Made by a program: the position numbers and the translations under genes
In this document: positions 57,581-64,000 of the stretch, in pieces
Position numbering within the stretch: position 1 is the first letter of the stretch
Layout of the letters: each line of letters begins with the position of its first letter
Source: Arsenophonus endosymbiont of Ceratovacuna japonica
Lineage (GTDB): Bacteria > Pseudomonadota > Gammaproteobacteria > Enterobacterales > Enterobacteriaceae
DNA: 64,000 nt
Direction of reading: 5' to 3'
Assembly: GCA_024349725.1 (NCBI GenBank)
Contig: AP026064.1
Coordinates: 144,592-208,591, forward strand
Notes under the pieces: model-generated
The model's input: only the letters and a program-made list of their open reading frames with translations
Told to the model about the DNA's origin: nothing
Database searches by the model: none

Positions 57581-57937
57581 TATTATTTCTTTTAATAATT
57601 ATAATATAAATAATTATAAGTATGTATACAATTAGTTTATATAATTTTAGTAAAATAAAATAATAATTTTATAATTCCTTTATTTATAGATAATATTTTA
57701 AATTTTAATTAACTTTTAATTTATTATTATAATAATTATATAAATTTTATTTTATAATTAAATAATTATATACTTAATTAAAATAAAATTTTATATTAAA
57801 TATCTCATATATATAATATATAAAATATTTTAACATTTAAAATTATTTAAAATAAATTAATAATATTTAAATAATTTATTTATTTATTATTATATTTTTT
57901 ATAATAAATTATATTTATGATATTTTATTATACAGAG

Positions 57938-57946
57938 TTATCCACA
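57938..57946 (+). promoter_or_regulatory. Perfect consensus DnaA box TTATCCACA
   Basis: An exact 9-mer read directly (..CAGAGTTATCCACAGGTAA..), embedded in an otherwise almost pure A/T spacer between orn and tsaE. Function is unknown (see findings). Confidence 0.4.
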
Positions 57947-58028
57947 GGTAAATTTATTTTTTATTTTTTATTGATATAAGTATTAATATTATTTTAATTA
58001 ATATAATATAACTTATTGATAATTTTAT

Positions 58029-58054
58029 AAAAACTTTTATATATAAAAGTTTTT
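58029..58054. repeat. Perfect 26-bp palindrome (13+13) containing a C:G pair
   Basis: AAAAACTTTTATA|TATAAAAGTTTTT, verified. It lies about 85 nt downstream of the DnaA box in the orn-tsaE spacer. Confidence 0.9.
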
Positions 58055-58259
58055 TATGATTATTAATATATAATTAATATATTATTATTTTATATATAAG
58101 TAGAAAATATAATTAAATTATATAATGATTATATTAATAAAGTAAAAATTTAATAAGTTAATTATTTATTATATAAATAATATAAATATTTAAATAATTA
58201 TTATAATATATTTTATATATTAAATTATTTAATAAAAAATTATAAAATGGTTGTTTTTT

Positions 58260-58754
58260 ATGAAGGAATTTAAATTATTACTTTTTAATGAAAAAGATAC
58301 AATAAATTTAGGATATCGTTTATCTTTTTGCTTTAAAAAATGTTTTATTATTTATTTATATGGGGATATAGGATCTGGAAAAACAACTTTTAGTCGCGGA
58401 TTTTTACAAGGTTTAGGTTATATTGGACATATAAAAAGTCCTACTTATACATTAGTTGAAAAATATTTTTTAGTATCTAATATTATTTACCATTTTGATT
58501 TATATCGTTTAAATAATCCTGAAGAACTTGAATTTATAGGAATTAGAGATTATTTTTGTCATCAAGCTATATATTTAATAGAATGGCCAAAAAAAGGCAA
58601 AGGAATATTGCCATATGCTGACATTAAATTATATTTATCATATTATAATAATTTAAGAAAAGCTCATTTTATTGCAACATCAATATATGGAGAAATATTA
58701 TTAAAAAAATTATCATATAATAATATTAATTATAATTATAATTTTAATCTTTAA
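58260..58754 (+). CDS. tsaE: tRNA t6A37 biosynthesis ATPase TsaE (YjeE)
   Basis: The ORF track starts at a TTG (58251); the ATG is at 58260. IIYLYGDIGSGKTTFSRGFLQGLGYIGHIKSPTYTLVE and YHFDLYRLNNPEELEFIGIRDYF match E. coli TsaE. Confidence 0.92.
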   Translation: MKEFKLLLFNEKDTINLGYRLSFCFKKCFIIYLYGDIGSGKTTFSRGFLQGLGYIGHIKSPTYTLVEKYFLVSNIIYHFDLYRLNNPEELEFIGIRDYFCHQAIYLIEWPKKGKGILPYADIKLYLSYYNNLRKAHFIATSIYGEILLKKLSYNNINYNYNFNL

Positions 58755-60262
58755 TTACAGATTTTGTAAATTTAATAAAATTTTATATTAGTAATATATT
58801 ACTAATAATAATTTAATATTATTAATTTAAATATAAAAAATATTTATTATTAATAACTATTATATTTTTTATATATTTAAATTTTTATATATTTTTATTA
58901 TTAATATTAAAATTTTTGATAGTTATATTTTATATTTATATTAGTTTATTAATAACTTTTAATTATATATCAAATTATTTAATATAATAAAAAATAATAT
59001 TTTGCTATTAGTATATTAATAATATTTAATTAAATATTAATATATTTAATTTTAATTTAAAATTCTTTATTTAAAAATTATTTATATTTTATTCTAAGAA
59101 AATTACATATCATAAATTTTATTTTTAAATATAAAATAGTATTTTTTAATAAATAAATAATATATTAAAATATTTATAACATATATTTTATATAAATTTA
59201 TTTAATATTTATTAAATTTTAGTCAATTATTTTTTAATTAATTAAAAAATTTTTATTAATAATAATATGTTAAAAATTTATATTATATATTGTATATTAA
59301 TTATTTTTGATTTTATTTAATGATTTTAAATTAATAATTTAATATATTTATATTATTTATTTTTAATTATTTAATTTTAATTATTAATAATTTTTTTGTA
59401 AAATCAAATATTATATATATTTTATTATTTAATTATAATTAAAAATACTAAATAATAAAATAATTATTATATATTATTTAATTATTTAAATTTTTATTTA
59501 TTAAATAAATTATTATATTTAATAAGATTATTAATTATTGATTATAAATTTATAAAAAATAATTATAATAAATTTATTTTATTTATAATAATAATGTTAT
59601 AAAATAATATAAAATATTTAAATAAAGTAATTATAGAGTAGGTAAATAGTTATTTACAAAATTTTATTATAATATAAGCTTTAAAATTAAGTAATTTATT
59701 AATTTATTTTTATTAAATAATAACTTAAATATTAAGATAAAAATAATAATAATTTATTTATATATTATATTCAATAATTAAATTTTATAAAAAATTAATA
59801 TTAATATTTTATAAGATAAAATTAATTTATATTTTTTTTATTATTATAATAATTTATATATTAAATTAATAATAAGATTTAAAATAATTAAATTAAATTT
59901 ATTTAATTTTATTTTTTTAAAATAGTTAAATACCATTAAATTTAATAATTTAAATAATTTAATATAATATTAATTTATGAAAAAATAAATATGTAAAATA
60001 ATATAATTATTAATAATATTACATTAAACATAAAAATATATTATTTTATTAAATTATATCTTATTAAGTATATTGAATTTTAATATAAATATTTTATTAT
60101 ATATAATATTTATTAATTATTTTAATAAATTTTTATAAATAAAAAATATAAAATATTTTATAAAATTATTATAGTTATAGATATATATTAAATATAAAAT
60201 TATTATTAATTAGTTAATAAAACACTTCATTAATATTAAATCTATAATAATAACTTTTATTT

Positions 60263-61204
60263 ATGAGTAAAAAAATTCTTCATAATAAACCATTAGCTAT
60301 ATTTATAATGGGACCAACAGCATCCGGAAAAACAGAATTAGTAATGTTGTTACGAAAGCAATTACCAATTGAAATAATTAGTGTAGATTCTGCTTCAATA
60401 TATAGAGGTATGGATATAGGAACAGCAAAACCAACTTTAGAAGAACAGAAAATTGCTCCACATAGATTAATTGATATATTAGATCCTTCTATTCCTTATT
60501 CTGTTGCAAATTTTTATCGTGATGCTTTATTAGAAATGAAAAAAATAGTTAAATTAGGTCGTATTCCGTTACTTGTTGGTGGAACTATGTTGTATTTTAA
60601 AGTGTTACTTGAAGGGTTATCGCCATTACCTTTATCTAATATTACAATTCGCTCAAAAATTAAAATGCAAGCTAAAAAATCTGGTTGGTTATCAATTTAT
60701 AAACTTCTAGAAACATTGGATCCTTTATCAGCAATGAAAATTCATCCTAATGATCAACAAAGATTATCTCGTGCTTTAGAAATTTTTTTAATTTCTGGTA
60801 GGAGTTTAACAGAATTAACTAAAGTTGTAGGGAAAAAATTAAATTATAATATATTACAGTTTGCTATTTTACCTAAAAATCGTAAAATCATTCATCAACG
60901 TATTGAAGAACGATTTATAAAAATGTTAGATGCAGGATTTAAAAATGAAGTTAATTTTCTTTATACTAGAGGTGATCTAAATATTGATTTACCATCTATT
61001 CGTTCTGTTGGTTATCGTCAGATGTGGTTATATTTATCTGGTGAAATTAGTTATAATGAAATGATTTATCGTGGTATATGCGCAACACGTCAATTAGCTA
61101 AACATCAAATTACATGGTTAAAAAGATGGAAAAATGTACATATATTAGATAGTCTTGATTCTAAAGAAGCACTTAAAACAATATTATATATTATTAATAA
61201 ATAA
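60263..61204 (+). CDS. miaA: tRNA dimethylallyltransferase MiaA
   Basis: ORF track (313 aa). [43 protein letters not shown] and [13 protein letters not shown] are colinear with E. coli MiaA. Confidence 0.96.
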   Translation: MSKKILHNKPLAIFIMGPTASGKTELVMLLRKQLPIEIISVDSASIYRGMDIGTAKPTLEEQKIAPHRLIDILDPSIPYSVANFYRDALLEMKKIVKLGRIPLLVGGTMLYFKVLLEGLSPLPLSNITIRSKIKMQAKKSGWLSIYKLLETLDPLSAMKIHPNDQQRLSRALEIFLISGRSLTELTKVVGKKLNYNILQFAILPKNRKIIHQRIEERFIKMLDAGFKNEVNFLYTRGDLNIDLPSIRSVGYRQMWLYLSGEISYNEMIYRGICATRQLAKHQITWLKRWKNVHILDSLDSKEALKTILYIINK

Positions 61205-61309
61205 ATTTATTATTTACTATTTATATTTAATTATAATTAAAAGTTTAAGTACTAACTTTTCAAATAAAAGATTTTAATTAAAAACAACTAAAAATAAGGA
61301 AAATAAATA

Positions 61310-61585
61310 ATGGCTAAAAAGCAATCTTTACAAGATCCGTTCTTAAATATATTACGTCGTGAAAAAGTTCCAGTTTCTATTTACTTAATTAATGGTATTA
61401 AATTACAAGGTCAAATAGAATCATTTGATCAATTTGTGATTTTATTAAAAAATACAATAAGTCAAATGGTATATAAGCATGCTATTTCTACTATTGTACC
61501 ATCTTATTCTATATCTTATCATAATAATCAAGGTAGTAATATAAAAACAAGTAATTATAATATAGATAACTTGATTGTTCCATAG
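61310..61585 (+). CDS. hfq: RNA chaperone Hfq
   Basis: ORF track (91 aa). [64 protein letters not shown] is nearly identical to the E. coli Hfq core. AAGGAA lies upstream. Confidence 0.97.
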   Translation: MAKKQSLQDPFLNILRREKVPVSIYLINGIKLQGQIESFDQFVILLKNTISQMVYKHAISTIVPSYSISYHNNQGSNIKTSNYNIDNLIVP

Positions 61586-61626
61586 TAAAATAATTTAAAT
61601 AAATAATTAATTTATTATAAATATTA

Positions 61627-61655
61627 AAATACAGGTAAAATTTTTATCTGTATTT
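61627..61655 (+). terminator. Candidate rho-independent terminator after hfq
   Basis: AAATACAG (61627-61634) pairs with CTGTATTT (61648-61655) around a 13-nt A/T loop, about 40 nt after the hfq stop. The 3' arm ends in TTT. The stem is weak, so this is tentative. Confidence 0.35.
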
Positions 61656-62813
61656 CATTAAATAATAATTAAATAAATTTAATAAAATTTAAAATAATTA
61701 ATATTTATATATTTATTTTAAAATATATTTTAGTTTTTATTAAAAACTAAAAAATTATATATATCTTAAATTATTAATCTTATTCAGATTAATTTAAATG
61801 TATTTAAAATAATATATTTTAAGATATAAAGTTAAAATATAATTTTAATTAATCAAATGACAAAATATTCTATTTATTTAATATATATTTAAATAAATAT
61901 TAAATGGCAATAAAACTAAATTATTTTATATAAATATAGTATAATTTAACTTTAAATATATTTTTATTTAAATTTAATTATTTTATTATATTATAAATAA
62001 GTTATATTAATAAAATAAATATAATTATATTAATTACAAACATGAAATATAAAAATATATATAAATAATTTTTATTATTTTATATTTATTTATATTATAA
62101 TTAATTAATATTAATAATTATAATTTAATTATTTTAATTAATGTTATAAATTTATTATTATAATAAATATTTTATATTAAATTTAAAATAATATTTAAGC
62201 AAATATGTTAAACTAATATTTATTATATATTATTAATATTATAGATTATTACATAAAATATATAAATAATTAAAAAATTTATTATAAAATATTAAAGTTA
62301 AAATACTAATTTTAATAATTAATAAAATTAATATATAATAAAATATTATATATTATATTATTTTTTATTAAGCATATTATTTATATAATTTATTTTATAA
62401 ACTTAACTAAATTAAATATAAATAAATATTATAATAATGAGTATTATTAAAAGTAAATATTGATTAGTATGATAGTTAGGATAAATTATTTTTTATTGTA
62501 ATAATTAATCTATTTAACATTATAATAATAAGATTTTATTGATGTTTATAATAATAAAATATGATTATATAGTTTATATATTATTTATCATTCTACCTAT
62601 TAATATTTAATCCTAATAACGCTTATGATAAAAATAATAATTATATTACATTTAAATTAATATAATTATTATTTCTTAATAAATATTATAATTAATTATA
62701 TATTTTGTTTTAAGATATTATTAAATTAATAAAATAAATGTATTTAATATATTAAGAGTAAATATTTTCTCTTAGCATTATAAAAATCAATAATAATAAA
62801 TGGAGATATAAAC

Positions 62814-64000
62814 ATGGCGTGGAATCAGCCCGATAATAACGGACAGGACCGCGACCCGTGGGGAAGCGGAAATAGCAGTAATTCAAATGGTAATAATAAA
62901 GATAATTGGAAAAAAAGAATCACTGATATTAATGATTTATTACAAAAGTTAAGTAAAAAGCTTAATGTTTTAATTAAAAATAATAAAAGTAGAAACAATT
63001 CTAGTAATTCTATAAATGTAAATATAAATGGTCATTTTATTATATCTATTATTATGATAATTTTTATTGTTTGGGTTGTAAGTGGTTTTTATACAATAAA
63101 AGAAAGTGATCGTGGTGTAGTTTTTTGCTTTGGTAAATATAGTCATACAGTTGAACCAGGTTTAAATTGGAAGCCATATTTTATTGAAACAGTTATCCCA
63201 GTAAATGTTGAAACCATACGTGAACAAGCTACTAATGGTATGATGTTAACTTCAGATGAAAATGTTATTCAAGTAGAAATGAATGTACAATATCAAGTTA
63301 TAGATCCATCTCAATATTTATTTAATGTTGTTAATCCTGATAATAGTTTACGTCAGGCAATAGATAGTGCAGTACGTGGTATTATTGGTCAATCAGCTAT
63401 GGAACAGATATTAACAACAAAGCGCGCTTTTATTCGTGATGAAACCCAAAAAGAGTTAGAAAATACAATAAAACCTTATAATATGGGAATAATGATATTA
63501 GATGTTAATTTTCAAGTTGCTCGTCCACCAGAAGCAGTAAAAGCAGCATTCGATGATGTTATTGCAGCAAGAGAAGAAGAGCAAAAAACTATTCGTGAAG
63601 CACAAGCTTATCGAAATGAAGTATTGCCATTAGCAAAAGGTAATGCACAAAAGTTAATTGAAGAAGCAATAGCTTATAAGTCTAGCGTGGTTTTTAAAGC
63701 TGAAGGTGAAGTAGCTAGTTTTTCTAAAATGTTACCTGCATACAGAGCGGCTCCTAATATAACTCGTGAACGTTTATATATTGAAACAATGGAACAATTA
63801 TTGTCTAATACTCGTAAGATCATTATTAATAATAAAAATAATAGCATACTAGTTTTACCTATAGAACAAATATTGAATAATAAAATTAATAAAAAAGTGT
63901 TTAATATAAAAAAAATCAAACCATCAAAAAATTTTAAAAAATCAGATAATTCAGTTAAAACATCTTATTCATATGTTTATGGTTCGCGTGATAGTACCCA
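62814..64000 (+). CDS. hflK: FtsH modulator HflK (N-terminal ~395 codons; continues beyond the window end)
   Basis: Not in the ORF track because it is open at the window end. ATG at 62814, preceded by TGGAGA. My translation gives MAWNQPDNNGQDRDPWGSGNSS...SGFYTIKESDRGVVFCFGKYSHTVEPGLNWKP...LDVNFQVARPPEAVKAAFDDVIAAREEEQ...ITRERLYIETME.., colinear with E. coli HflK (MAWNQPGNNGQDRDPWGSS...). Confidence 0.93.
   Translation, partial: MAWNQPDNNGQDRDPWGSGNSSNSNGNNKDNWKKRITDINDLLQKLSKKLNVLIKNNKSRNNSSNSINVNINGHFIISIIMIIFIVWVVSGFYTIKESDRGVVFCFGKYSHTVEPGLNWKPYFIETVIPVNVETIREQATNGMMLTSDENVIQVEMNVQYQVIDPSQYLFNVVNPDNSLRQAIDSAVRGIIGQSAMEQILTTKRAFIRDETQKELENTIKPYNMGIMILDVNFQVARPPEAVKAAFDDVIAAREEEQKTIREAQAYRNEVLPLAKGNAQKLIEEAIAYKSSVVFKAEGEVASFSKMLPAYRAAPNITRERLYIETMEQLLSNTRKIIINNKNNSILVLPIEQILNNKINKKVFNIKKIKPSKNFKKSDNSVKTSYSYVYGSRDST

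Overview
Extremely A+T-rich gammaproteobacterial DNA. Intergenic spacers are almost pure A/T, and G/C is concentrated in tRNAs, groEL and a few small islands. Every recognisable protein is a close homologue of an Enterobacterales housekeeping protein. The genes sit in E. coli-type microsynteny blocks: prmB | lolCDE | nlpD | purL | metL-rpmE-priA | epmB-efp-groSL-fxsA | murJ | purF-cvpA-dedD-folC-accD-truA | fabB | rplM-rpsI | metT-leuW-glnU-type tRNAs | trkH | fre | artPIQM-ybjG | def-fmt-rsmB-trkA | nfuA | mscM-psd-orn-tsaE-miaA-hfq-hflK. This is the signature of an obligate, genome-reduced insect endosymbiont of the Wigglesworthia/Blochmannia/Buchnera kind; the exact taxon cannot be determined from the window. 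I call 43 protein genes (2 cut by the window edges), 4 tRNAs, 1 clear pseudogene (HU), one sigma-32 promoter, a few terminator or operator-like sites, and a set of long A/T palindromes. I find no transposase, integrase, phage, CRISPR, toxin-antitoxin, defence or biosynthetic-cluster genes, and no convincing novel multi-gene system. Every ORF in the track that is not a recognisable housekeeping gene is an antisense or alternate-frame artefact. Seven things are unusual. (1) Only about two-thirds of the window is coding, and gene-sized A/T spacers sit exactly where synteny predicts lost genes (rpoS, metB/metJ, dedA, rsgA, amiB-mutL, hflX and others). (2) These spacers contain many long perfect A/T palindromes or hairpins: 60, 44, 44, 39, 37 and 36 bp unspaced, a 28-bp-stem hairpin, and a 38-bp inverted repeat. 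This is far more than chance predicts. (3) There is a sharply delimited G+C-rich island with atypical synonymous codons in the first 19 codons of hflK. (4) Two otherwise intact genes, truA and artI, have ATA at the ancestral start position and no canonical start upstream of essential sequence. (5) metL is truncated precisely to its aspartokinase half. (6) PriA has an invariant P-loop Gly replaced by Asp. (7) There is a perfect DnaA box at the position syntenic with the E. coli datA locus, and a FabR-operator-like palindrome upstream of fabB.
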